Below are positions 13,347 to 25,613 of a stretch of DNA of 64,000 nucleotides, in pieces (position 1 is the stretch's first letter; each line of letters opens with the position of its first letter). A model generated the notes under the pieces. It was not told the DNA's origin and ran no database searches. It saw only the letters and a list, made by a program, of their open reading frames with translations. The DNA is taken from positions 1,674,001 through 1,738,000 of the forward strand of contig OZ287075.1 in assembly GCA_965645245.1 (NCBI GenBank), given 5' to 3'. The translations under genes and the position numbers were made by a program. The stretch is from Massalongia carnosa. Taxonomy: Eukaryota.

Positions 13347-13731
13347 GATTCCTTGATGAAGTGGGCAGAGTAGGGATATGTAGCCAACTGCAAGGAGAAC
13401 ATTCTTTCAGGTATTGTACTCTGTAGAAGCTTTTCTATCTCCGATGACGACATCTTCCATTTCCCTCATCCAATAATCTCAGACCTCCAAACCCTAAACG
13501 TTAAATCGAGGAACCCACAAAGCTCGGACTAGTTCCTCACTTGCGAATCGTTCTCCCGCCCGCCCCTGCTCAGCCCTATCAGGCCATGTCAATCTTCCTC
13601 CGCTCCTCCCCATTCTAAATCCCATTCCCACTTCCGCTCCTACTTCCACTCCCATCCCATCCTATCCTAAACCCGCCACAACCACCTACCCAAGTTCCCC
13701 CTTGCAAGCTAGCCAGCAATCCCGCAACAGC

Positions 13732-14588
13732 ATGGTCTTGAAAATCCGCCTTGCGCGCTTTGGCAAACGCAACGCGCCCTTTTACAACATCGTCGTTGCG
13801 CAAGCTAGGTCCGTCCTCTCCCTTCTCCCTAGCTTCTCCCCTCAAAATCCCTCCCTTGAATATTTTTCTGGCTAAAATCTATCTCATTGGAATTGAACTG
13901 CACAGGAGCGCACGAGATAGTAAACCTCTGGAAGTCCTCGGTATCCCCCCCTCCCTCTAGCATATACTCCCAGCTCCAACGAAGCCGGCCCTTACTACTC
14001 CCAAGCTTCAATTCAAGAACAGCCCCTAGCGCATATATTATCTCCTCCTCCACCTTCATTCGATCTTTCCAAAGCCTAAACATTTGCTGCATTAACATGC
14101 CCACCTTGCCCCATTTCATTCCCAACCTAGCTCAAACCCCCTCCACCCCATCCAAATCCTCTACTTATCTAGCTAATAACCATAATCCCAGGCACCTACG
14201 ACCCCATCCCCAAACCTCCGCCCCTCGGCGTCGGAAAACCCTTCAAAGACATAAAACTCGACATCTCGCGCGCCAAATACTGGCTAGGCGTAGGCGCACA
14301 ACCGTCTGATACGGCGTGGAGGCTAATGTCTATGGTGCGTAACTCCCCGGTCTTTTTTTTCGTTTTGTTTCCGAAAGTAAAAGTTTTGTTGGAAATGGAG
14401 GATTCTTTTATTTGGGAGGGAGAAACTGTGCTGATGAGCGCGAGTGGGATTTGAACTAGTAGATTGGATTGATGCAGCCGAAGTATAGTATTATGAAGAT
14501 GAAGCAGGATGGGGTGGAGGAGGGAGCGGAGGAAGGGGCGGTGAAGAGTGCAGAAAGAGGAAGTGAAGATGTCAGGACCGCGAAGTAA
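13732..14588 (+). CDS. MRPS16: Mitochondrial ribosomal protein S16 (bS16m), 4 exons
   Basis: Spliced translation [45 protein letters not shown]...[36 protein letters not shown]...*; bS16 signature. Confidence 0.93.
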
Positions 14589-14912
14589 TATGGGAGGTGG
14601 GCGGAGGGTTGTATATGGAGGGGGTAGATACATGGAGGAGGCGTTTCGGGATTGGGAACCTGTATAGTTTGCGGGAAGCATTTTCGTCGAGCGCGCAGCA
14701 TGGGTAGAAAGGGTGCCTAAGGGGTCTTTTGCTAATTTTAAAAATATCGATACTTTGTGTAGGAATGGTTTTATGCAGATCCTTTGCGCCTGGAAGCATT
14801 CCAACTGAAAAGACTTCAGAGCCCCGACTTAGATATATCCAAACCAAACGATCCTCTAAACTAATCCAATACAATATGCCGCTCGGCCGTACGGTTACAA
14901 AAAGGGGGGGTA

Positions 14913-16785
14913 TCAGTGCGCAACAACAAAAATCGTGTTGGTAACCAAACAGGTAACCATCACCACGACGCCATACACCGCCAAGGCAAGACTCAGCCTC
15001 CGCAGCATTTTCCTCCGCCACGCGCTGCCCTCTAGCCCGCGGCCACCAAGGGCTCCGTCCTCATCGTCGAGGTCGGATCCGTCTTCCTCATCATCGTCTT
15101 CCTTCGTCAATCTCCAATGCTGCGGCGAGTGCGGTGAGTGCGGCGAGGTGATCTTATAGTAAAATAGCCCCGGGAGAATGAAACTGATGCTGGTGCTCCC
15201 CGTGCTTCCCACATAAGCGAGGACCTTTTCCAAAGATGAGACTGACATGGCTACGATGTAGCTGAGAACGATGATCGCGGTGGTGATGGCCGCGAAGCGA
15301 GTTTCTCCCATTCCGTCACCCTTGAGCTGCGCTCGGGACTTAGGGGATGGCATCAGGAGCGAGTGTCTGGATGGCGAGGAATTGGACGGATCGAATCGCT
15401 TCGATGGCCGCCATTTGAGGACGGAGTCGACTGAAGCTCTGCACGGGTGGACTTGAAGAGGGTAGGAGAACATAACAAGGATGACGATGGCGGCTTTTGC
15501 AATGGTGGAGCTAAGTGAGGGGCTGTCTTTGGGGTTGTTAAATTTGCTATAAGAAATGTCGTTAGATTGGTCACTTACACATTGCAACGATATTGCCACC
15601 GATGGCGTTGCCGAATGAGATGTAACCCGTGATAGCCACCAGTACGTAAACGAAGCATGCAGTACCAATGCTGGCAAGAATGACACTAGTTGTTCTGAAG
15701 TGAGAATTATTGTTGATCTCATTCAGCACTGAGAACATCTATAACAAAACATTAGATGCGATAAATACTGAGTTCCTAAGCACACGGGAGCTCACATTCT
15801 GATGACAGGTGAACCCAAAAACTATAACCGGGATACTGCTCAGGGTTGCCACCGCACTCTCCCATCGAAAGTATCTTAGTTGACCCCTATGCTCCGTTGT
15901 GTCTCCTTTGAGGAAATGTCCGACGACGAGTATAACCAGATAACCAATTGAGATCAAGGCAACAACACTAGTATATTTAAGAGAATCTAGTCTTCGGAGG
16001 AAGGATATAGGAATGATGATTAGCCTGCACTTAGATTAGCCGCGCATTTCAAAGCCCCCTAAAACCAGTAGATTCTCAAAAACGGGGAAAGGGAATAAGG
16101 AGACTAACATAAAGCCTGTTACCCAAAAGCGACGATCGACAAGAAAATCGATTCCTCCTGCATTCTCGCTGAAGCCTCGGACAACGCCAGGCATCAAGTC
16201 CCCAATAACTATGAGATAGCTAACCCCAACTCCAAAGCACTTAATTAAGATTGCAATATCAAAAATGACCGCAGCATTGGGATAGGTGATCTGAGAGAGG
16301 GCGAAATAGGATGAGGAGCCTCGTTCCAAGTATTTTGCGCATTTTGTTTGCAAGTAAAGCCCCAACCCTGCCGCAAGACCGGACCATAATATAACAAATG
16401 TTCCAAGCAGCATTCCCATTCGCGATAGCCCAAGCGGCATTGCTAAAACACCGGCTCCGAGAACTATTGTATTCTTAGCGGGGGATCGAACATGCAGATC
16501 AGGAACTGTACTCGTATTGAGAAGGTTGACGACACTGCTGATCCAGCTTGCTTGACCGATAAGCCCAACCTCTTTCCTACCTCGTCCGGAGCGCTGGCTG
16601 CGTATTCCGTGTCAGTCTAAGGTCAACAAGCTACCATCTGTTTTGCACTTGATTATAGAAAGCTGCGACGCATAAACATGGAGCGTTGACACTTACCGCA
16701 TGCCTCGAGTTGAAGAATGGGCACTCCCCGGACGTCCATCGCTGCTGCCCTCGGGATCGCTGTGAAGGGTAGCGTACATGGGCAT
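14913..16785 (-). CDS. AAAP-family vacuolar amino-acid transporter (Avt5/Avt6-like), multi-exon
   Basis: ASWISSVVNLLNT, GAGVLAMP, IKCFGVGVSYL..IGDLMP, LDSLKYTS, PVIVFGFTCHQN, FSYPLQVHPCR, VGSTGSTSISFILPGLFY. Confidence 0.9.
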
Positions 16786-17448
16786 ACTCACATTCACCTC
16801 ACTGAACACGGATGTGATGAAAAGGTCTCATATGGGCGCCGATGTTGGGGAAGTCAATGGCTTAAGGAATGCTTATGAATTGTGTGTTCGCGTGGCCAGA
16901 TATCCAGGTGCTCGTAAAAGGGTTAAAGCCACCTGACAAGCGTTTTCTACAAGGCGTGGAGGATGCCGTTCTTTTCTTGGCATGGGATGACGATGGTTCA
17001 ATTATCTTATCAATCCATCGCTTAGCGAAGGAGATCCCCATTCCTTGAAGAGGACTCCTTTTCGTTCTTCATTGATCCTTACCTATCTATATGGTGTTTC
17101 GTTGTTGAAACCTGGAGGTCAGAAATGAGAAATGAGAGGATCCCCAATCAGCTTAAAAGTCGTTGAACTATTGAGATATCAAGGTTGAAGGCTGCTTTAG
17201 AGAAGCTGCCTAGCTTCAGACCCCTGTAGAACCATGCTTCGGCCCAGACCCGTTACTAATTTGGCTCTGTCAATTGTGTCCCACCGTCTTGCATCTTGAC
17301 GACACCAACGTACAACTTTCAACATCCCATATCCCATTCGTTCATTATTCACTGTCTTTCACAAACAGATGTGTTTTGATTCTCCTTCGGTTCAGCTGCC
17401 CTCGTTTTATCACTACCTTCGCTAGTTAGGCATACTGAATCAACGATC

Positions 17449-18315
17449 ATGTTCGCGATTCTCCCCGCGATAGCTTTTGCGCTGTTCATCAGCTCCGCCT
17501 ATACACAAGTCCTGATCTCGCCCACGCTCCCTGTTTGCGCTCAGCAGTGCACTATTCTTCTAAAAGCGCAAAACGGATGCGTTCCACCGGCAGCATTAGT
17601 TACAAGTCCAGCCACTTACCAATCGTGTTTCTGCCAATCCGCCTTTCTAACCACCCTCCCTTCAAATCCCGTGGCCGTGTGCCCGCTTTGTTCTCCTGTG
17701 GATTTAGAAGCATTACAGACCTGGTTTGAAGGACTCTGTGCAGCAGGTGCTGGTGTAGGAGGGCAACAATCGCTGACAAGCATAACTGCGACGCCCTCGA
17801 CCCTATTGACGTCGACGACAAGCGTTTCCACTAGGGCCCCACCTGCTGTGACAGCCAACAATGTGGCCGGTGGCTCGTCAACAATCAGCACCCGACCACC
17901 GCCTAATAATCGAGGATGGTGAGTCACATCAGCTACCCGCTATAGGCCGTGACCAGCGCTGACAACACTTAGGATGGCATCCCACTGGAGATGGGTACTC
18001 ATGCTTATCGTGCTTCTTTTCGGCTTCATCCTTGTTGCAATTGTTGGTAGATATTTCCATCGCCGCTACCACCGCAACCATGATGGTGCAGCAGTAGGCG
18101 TGGCACGAGCACGAAGTCAGCCTGACCTAGGTACTTGGGGGCCGGGCCAAAGCGCTCATGACTTTGGGGCATCCGCCGCAGGGGCCGCGGCGGCTCCAAT
18201 CCGCGAAAAAGGTAAAGAAAACTGGCAGGCCGATGCTGGAGCGCTACAACAGAGCTCAGAGAAACCTAAGGGAAGTCGACGATTGAAGAAAGGGTGGCTT
18301 TCAGGAAGAAACTGA
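17449..18315 (+). CDS. Single-pass membrane protein: signal peptide, 8-Cys CFEM-like domain, Ser/Thr stalk, TM helix, basic tail (2 exons)
   Basis: LPVCAQQC-x9-C-x15-CFC-x15-CPLC-x15-C, then a T/S-rich linker, a GTGAGT..TAG intron (~17919-17972), WRWVLMLIVLLFGFILVAIVG and RYFHRRYHR. Confidence 0.82.
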
Positions 18316-19373
18316 ACCTTTCGAATGAGCAAGCGGGATAGGATCTGACGAAAGAAGATATAAATGATACCTAAATGACAGTTAGAGCTATTTCCCTCTT
18401 AGGCGTTTTGCTTTCGTTGGGATAGCATGGGTGCTGTTAACGGTATACGAGATCTTCGCTGGTTGGCAATGTGGCTATTGTTTGTGGGGGCCTATCTCTC
18501 TCTAATGTCAGAAACTATTTAGAATTGTCATCTCCTGTTCTTTCCTGATGAGCTATGTCGAATCTCGAGTGAATGCTTCAGGAGAAAGTATCTCTAAACC
18601 CAAAAATCTTTCATTATAGTTCAAATTTCTAGAGCGAATTTATATGAATGCAGACAAACTGACGCGCAAAAGCGGTTTTCTCAGCACAAGCTTTGCACCT
18701 CTCCTATCCCGGCAAGAGCATTAGATAGCAAGCATCGGAAACCAGAAGGCAAGATTCAAGATCCTCTTCGAACCAAAAAGCCGCCACGAAGACTTGACGA
18801 AAATGAAAGTTTAATTCTGTTGTCATCGTCTTGGCATATTTCTAACTGCGCCCATACTTAAATGCTTGATCCAATTGGATATTTCAAAGGGGGGGGTTCT
18901 GCTCATTTCTCATACGAAATCAATGAGTCAATTGATTATGAATGCTGCATTTACAACTCTCGTTTTTTTTGGACAGTAATGGGTTGCTCCGCTGCGCTGT
19001 GCTAACCGTTATAGCAGCCACTACCATGCTATCAACAACATAAGAAACACAAAGTCCGTCCCACCCACCATAAAAACTCCAAAAATGCCCTAACATCCCA
19101 ATGTTCAAAACCATCATAACAGAAAGCTGCTCTAGGTTAACTGAAGCCGGATATTTCTTCCACCATACCGCAACACGAGGATGCGGGAGCGAATTACCTG
19201 CTACATCGTGGATGCTGTCAATAATTGCGTCATGTTTTTCGAATCTAAACGGGAATGGATATTGAGTGTTAGGAGAGAATGAATATGAATGAGCGCTTGT
19301 GCGTGCTGAAATGTGAGAAAAGTATACTCGGCGTCACCATATGCTGCGCCGCCGTACGAAAACCCTTGATTGA

Positions 19374-20891
19374 CTGAAATACTGGTTGGATCGATGTATG
19401 TTTCTAAACGCCAGTGCAGAAGCGGAAAAGCCCCCTTATGGACTGACTACTATGTGCGTTGGTCAAACCGTTTGGTCATACGATTTATTGAAAGGAAACT
19501 AGAAACTAGTACCTGTCCACAAAGCCACGGTTGGAACGACATGTAGTCATTTCGAATTCTCCCCTTAATGTGTGACCTTGCAGAAGTCTGACTCGACCTG
19601 CAGCATGAAAAACAATGATATCAGCTTCCGTCAAGTTGCTTTGGAAAACAGCAGAACGGATGTGTTTATTTCGGTTGAAAGTTCGACAGTCGGTGTGACG
19701 CATCCGCACTCTGAAGCTTGTCAACTCTCTTGCGAAAAACTGCAGTACAACCCGATTTGCGACCACGATTCTGGGAATTTATTAATTCTTCGACATGGTC
19801 TCATTGAAGAGTCAAGAGTTGCAGTCTGGCACGCTCGTCCTATCCGCATTTTGCTCGGTTCTTATACATACGTAGTACCTATTGCTATAACTCCAGCAGT
19901 TCATCAAAGCTGGGTTGATGCCCTTAACGTTCAGTTAAGTGGCTCAAACTAGACGGCGCTAGAACATCTAGTCAGCACGTAGCTATTGCAGACAGACTAT
20001 CTTCCAATGAATGACTATGAGCTAAAAGGTCAGGTGGAGAAGGTTTGCAGTTTCCCAGACTACAGAGCAGAATCGAACTCCACTCCCCTTAATTTAAGTC
20101 CAGGCATCCTACATAGTCTTCACCATCGTGAAGCATTAAAGGATGGAATCCATCGGTAGATGGGTCCATCATATCTGGATGTGATATCCAACGCACTCTC
20201 ACTGTCACTCAGTGATGGATTGGCACGGGTCCGATCAGAAACAAGAAGCTATTATGCTACAACCCTATTCGCTCCTCTTAGACAGCGAAAATTTACGGTC
20301 GGTAACTTTTAGTGCACAAATACTGGGGAATTTCTTGGGCCAGCATCAAAATTCTCCAAGCCCGGCTGGATACCCATGAAGTTCAAAGGGAAACGCTTTT
20401 GGATATGGCTACGGCTTGAAAGATACCCCGGTCAGGTCAAACTCGCAATGGCGGCGCTGCTTCCCAATGTGCACGTTGTAAGTATAATCTATGGCGGCTA
20501 GACCTCGCAGCTTCTAAGAACGATTGCAGAGTTTGTTGCACTGGCCATTAACTCGATGTCGACGGGCAAGCTGAGGAATACTTGCACAGGAATTGAAAAG
20601 GTGAGCAAATGGCAGAACATTGAGACTATTCGCTAGATAGGTAATTAGCCCCTTAAACTGATGTTTGACGACGGTGGTAAGGAGGAGATTGGCACGATAG
20701 CAATAGCGGATATAAGGTACAGAACCTTGCAAGGACCTAAGCGCCTCATGAATGAGGCTGATGAAAATCATTTCTTTTTAAACTGGGATACCTACCTAGT
20801 TAAAGAGCAACGAGTGTACGCTCGAGATGATGCACAGCAACGAAGAAACATTCCGACTCGAGCAAAAAAAATCCATCACATGATCCCTTGA
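19374..20891 (+). pseudogene. Decayed long reading frame of unknown family, broken mainly by TAG stops
   Basis: ORFs 19572-19952 and 20661-20891 lie in one frame. Reading through, ~506 codons contain only 9 internal stops (8 TAG, 1 TAA). Confidence 0.55.
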
Positions 20892-21619
20892 CAGATATCT
20901 CAAGTCCAGACTTCGGGCTCTTTTGCAATAGTTTTTGCCGGGAGCTTCTGAAAGGAGATATACCTATATTCTTTCGGTCGCTGAATGGCTGCCCTCCTTT
21001 ATGTTCCTATAAGGCTATTGGCATCACCTGACCAAGGTACTTTGCTTAGGGACTAAGATACCTAGTTAAGTAGCTAGGTATCTACCTGTTCAAATGTCAA
21101 AAATCAGTGTTAGAATAGTCAAAAACTCGATGTGTGTTTTCCTGTTTTCCAGTTTCCCGTTTCTCCAACAGCGGGAGCTGCCGCTTTTTTTTTTGTTTCA
21201 CGCTCTCAGAACTCAACCGACCCGCCCGGCTCCCAACTTTTCCCAGGACGGGAAGGAATACTCCTCTAAGTACATACTTTAACACCGTAAATCAAGAGCA
21301 TCGGGAGATAACAGAGCGGGGTTCAGCAAGCCAGCTAGCCAGTCAGCTAGTTGACTCGGTGGGTGGGCTGAGAAATATCTCAGGCAAAACTGTTAGATTC
21401 TGCTCGCACGTGAGGTTTGGCCTATATAGCGGCTTGCCGTGTGCGTCCGTCTCAAAATGTGCTACCAAGCCAAGGCTGCGGGGATACATAAAGCAATCTA
21501 CTCCGCATATCAGCACATTTCCCCCATCCTCTCATCGTCCTGCACCCCCACGCTTCTGACTCTGAGCATCTGTTAAAGGATCCATATCCAAGGGGCTTTT
21601 GCCACACTTCTGCAGCACG

Positions 21620-22291
21620 ATGCATCTCCCACCCCTCTTCCACCTCCTCACCTTTCTCGCATCAACGACCGTAATCCTCGTCAACCCTCTCCCGCAGCTC
21701 GCCGACATATCGAACACCTTCAATTTCCCCGATTTGCTTACAGATGCTTCTTCGTTATACGGCTCTAGCGAGCAAGATGCCGTACCATCTCCTCTTCTAG
21801 GTTCAAGCCTCTCCTTCCAGGATGCATATGGCTCCATCAAACCGCCTATCAACCCTGTCAGCCCCACCAACGAAGACACGCCTGTTCACGAGGTGAAGCC
21901 CATCGACCTACCAGGACCGGATTGCCGCTTCAGCGCCAGTCCCACGCAGGCCTATTGCTACTCTACCGCCCCTGGCCCATCCGTTGAGTTTTACCTTTCA
22001 CCTAAGGATTTCACGGCGAAGGTGACGCCTTGTGGGTTTCCCCGTGTTCACCCTTCCTTTTGGTTCTTCTCAACGAATTAATATCGTTCTTTTGATATTA
22101 ACGTAAATATGTGATTTTCAAAATAGTTTCTACTGAAACGAGTGCATGTAATAATCTCAACAATTGGTACTGCTGCCAAAAATATCAGGATGTAAGCTTC
22201 TCTTTTCTTCGTGTATATCAATGAAAAACGCAGGGGGGGTAATTCACTGCGCCAAGGCATTTCGTTCTACCTAGATTGCAGCAGTTGTTGA
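21620..22291 (+). CDS. Small secreted Cys-rich (effector/hydrophobin-like spacing) protein, probably 3 exons; 3' end uncertain
   Basis: Signal peptide MHLPPLFHLLTFLASTTVILVNPLP, then DCRFSASPTQAYCY...VTPC. Exon 2 reads STETSACNNLNNWYCCQKYQD before a GTAAGC donor. Exon 3 ..LDCSSC* needs a 1-nt correction in the G7 run at 22233-22239. Confidence 0.6.
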
Positions 22292-22962
22292 ATCACTAGA
22301 GTTTCCAAAGTCCTCCACTGACTCTATTTATTTGATGCATTGGCAGCAAAACAAGGGGATAAGGTGGCACTGCACGCCTGGATATGCCTGGCCGTCGCCG
22401 TAGGTTGCGCAGTGATAGGCTAGGCGGTCCAACTGCTAGAACTATTTTGTGGGAAATCGAACCCCGGGGGGGGGCGGAAGACATCTATCGGTGGAAAGTA
22501 GTGATTGGTAAGCTAAAAGATACAGGAGAACAGTATAGACGTGTACTTGTATTTTCAGAATAAGCTCTCCGTCTCATTGTGAGTTGGTAGAAAGGCATAG
22601 GAGACAGCAAAGATGCGTAAAAAAACAAAAAAATAACTTCAACTCAGAGTAGTCGACTCTTCCAGCCCCATTGAACATGAAGTAGCACCAAAAGCACAAG
22701 ATGAAACTTAAGATACCTTGATCCTCAATACCTGAAATGCTATCCAGCAGAAACAGGAACCTCTCCTGTAAAACCTAATCTCTAGAATCCAGAATTTCCG
22801 CTTTAAAAAAAAAACATATGGCCAGAACCAACATCTTTCCGCCCAACGAACTCCCATCCGCTGCTACAGCGCGCTACAGCCCGTCGCGTCAGACAAGTAC
22901 AACTGCTCGAGGATTCTTTAGAACTAAACCCCCAATTTCCAAAGATAAGGAACTGCTTGCTG

Positions 22963-22984
22963 TTATTATTATTATTATTATTAT
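22963..22984. repeat. (TTA)7 microsatellite
   Basis: Direct reading: ttattattattattattattat. Confidence 0.85.
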
Positions 22985-24588
22985 AAAAGTTCTTCACCCC
23001 TGAACGGCCCCTGCCAACCGACCACCTGTAAAGAAGGATCATCGCTGAAAACCGATCCCTCTCACGCAGGTTCTGTTAGAGGTAATCAACTCAATTGCCG
23101 AAGAAATCCTTTTCGGTCAAAGCCAGTCTCGTCATACAATGGATATAGTTAGAGGATCTGATCCTTAGTGCATTGGGGCCTCCGGTTGCGGGTTTTGTTC
23201 GTATAAAGTGCTTGAATCACATGTCTATCTATTTCAAACAAGTAGTTATAGAGAGAAGTGAGGTTTTGGATCACTTGTTTGATACAAAGACTACCTAATC
23301 GTGAGTCAAGAAAATTCGGTCTAGCTGAGTGGGTGATTGCGGTTTGCACAAGAACTCCAATAAATCCCATTTCGGACAAGCTTGGACGTCTGATCACAGG
23401 AAGTCTTGATGTTTTAGTCGCTATCTTGTCATCCTGTTATACGGTGGGACCAAATGGATTCAGACACGAACAGACACCTACCTCTCGAAATCCCTTTTCT
23501 ACGACAACCCCGTTTATACCTCAACAGTTTTTAACGCCAGTGCAAACTCTCTCCCAATTTCCCATCGATACCCCTATCCAAAAATCGCGCTCGTTTCTCC
23601 TATCAAAAAACCACATCACATACTCATGTGAGAAACTTGGATCGAGAGTTATGCCAATGTCAGAACTTACCGCTTTGTAAATTCGATTGGGTTTCCTTGG
23701 AATGATGGTGTCGAAGTTCGAGGGACTTTATAGACGATTAGCTAGTGGACAGCGATTGTTTAAAGTTAAAAAGGTATGAGTTTAAGTATCGTCTGAATCC
23801 CTAACTAAAGATGTCGAAATTTACGAGTCCTGCATTTTAAATCAGCTTTTTTTCGCAATACCTTGCTTTTGATAGCAGTATAGATCAAGAATCTGGCGTC
23901 CCGCAGATTATCCTTGTTCGACGTTGCTGCCGGCTCAATATAAGGAACCTAGTTTGAGATCATTTTGGTGAAAGAGACTATATAATGGGAAAGAGTCTAA
24001 GAATGAATTAGTTAACATATATCAAAGGTAGACATTCAAAATGAGAGCCAAGATTGTGAAAGAAGAAGGATAATACCTAATATGACACTAGTTGAGGTTA
24101 TCGAGGAGACTTGGTGAAAGTCTTATTTGTCTTCCTAAGAATTAAGGCGAAGGAACGAAAGAAAAATCGACAACATATACTAGAGCACCTATTAGCCTGA
24201 TACGAGTCTTCTAGTTCCCTGAAATGCAAGTCGTGGTAGACCTCAAGGTATTCCGCTCTTTGTCCCCGACGTGCGTATCATCGAACTCAATATAAATCGC
24301 GAAGAGAGAACTTTGATGAACAACGTAGTCTCAGAGACTTGTATGTGTAGGCATTGACTCGAAAGGAAAGAACAGGGAAAGGTAATGGGACCAAGGTTAT
24401 GGTGGGAACTTTCCATCCGTTATGAGTAAGGCGAATCAATCTTTTGAGGATATCATTCTAACCGGGCCCATCCCTCTATTCCCACAAAATTCAAAATTCC
24501 AGAATCTGTCAGGAATTATCATTAATCCAGCCAACATTTGACCGTATGTATTATTTTCCTCTCTCTACAAACACATCATCAATCCAGA

Positions 24589-25613
24589 TTAAAAGATCGT
24601 ACAAGCGTGCTTCTCAGCCGGTCGTTTCCTTTTCTGCCTCCGATGCGGTCTTTCCCTCCTTCGTGAACCGCTCTCCATCTCTCTTACCTGCGCAGTCGCT
24701 ACATCCTTGCGAATAATCTGCCTGCAGAGATCCACAAACGCCTCGTCAACATTCGCTCTTCGCCGTGCGCTCGTTTCGTAGTAGGGTGCGTTGCCCCACC
24801 CTTGACTAACCGAAAAAGCGCGCGCTCGTGAAACAGCTCGGTCTTCTTCTAGGTCGGACTTGTTACCCACGATGACGAGTGGGACGCCGGGATCGTCTTT
24901 TATGCGCACAATTTGGTCGCGCAATTCGTGCAGCTCGAAGAGGGAGGAGAGGGAGGTTATAGAGAAGACAAGAAGAAATCCCTGGCCGGATTTCATATAG
25001 AGCTCTCTAATAAGATGAGATATGTCAGTTCTAAGGTGGGAGTGTTGGGCGGTGGCGAAGAAGTCGTGGGGAAGTACCTCATGGCGGCTAAGCAGGGACC
25101 AATCAGTAAAGGGTCCAGATCTGAGGACAGGGATAAACAGAGAGCGGTAGACTTACTGAATTGTTCGGTGCCTGCAGTATCTAATCTAATGGTTCATCAG
25201 CTTGGCCTCCGCATGTTCGTACGCGATCTCTCGTACATTTCTAATATACATTGACGTCCCTAACTTGTCATCAGCATGCTCCCTGAACCTGCCGAAGAGT
25301 ACCAACTGACATCCACCTCAATCTGCTTCCTATACGAATCTTCAATTGTTGGATCATAGCTTTCGATCCACACATTCTGTACAAACTGAGCTGCCAACGG
25401 GTATCAGCGTTTGATTGGAGGGAGAACCCCAAAGCGCCCGAACCAGTAAGACAGCTTTTCCCAACACCTCCTAATACCCGTTGGTGAGCGACAATCTTTC
25501 AATCTCAAGAAAAAATTACCAGCACCCAACACCACGATATGGTACTCCCTTCTACGACTGATATTAGCCGTGGCTCTGCAGAATGGTCGAGATGCAAACC
25601 TTTGTGACATCAT
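24589..25613 (-). CDS. RSR1: Rap-type small GTPase Rsr1/Bud1 (Krev-1), 8 short exons
   Basis: [42 protein letters not shown]..|[17 protein letters not shown] (Thr at position 61, as in Rap), VGNKSDL, YETSAR and a CAAX end CTIF*. Confidence 0.95.
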
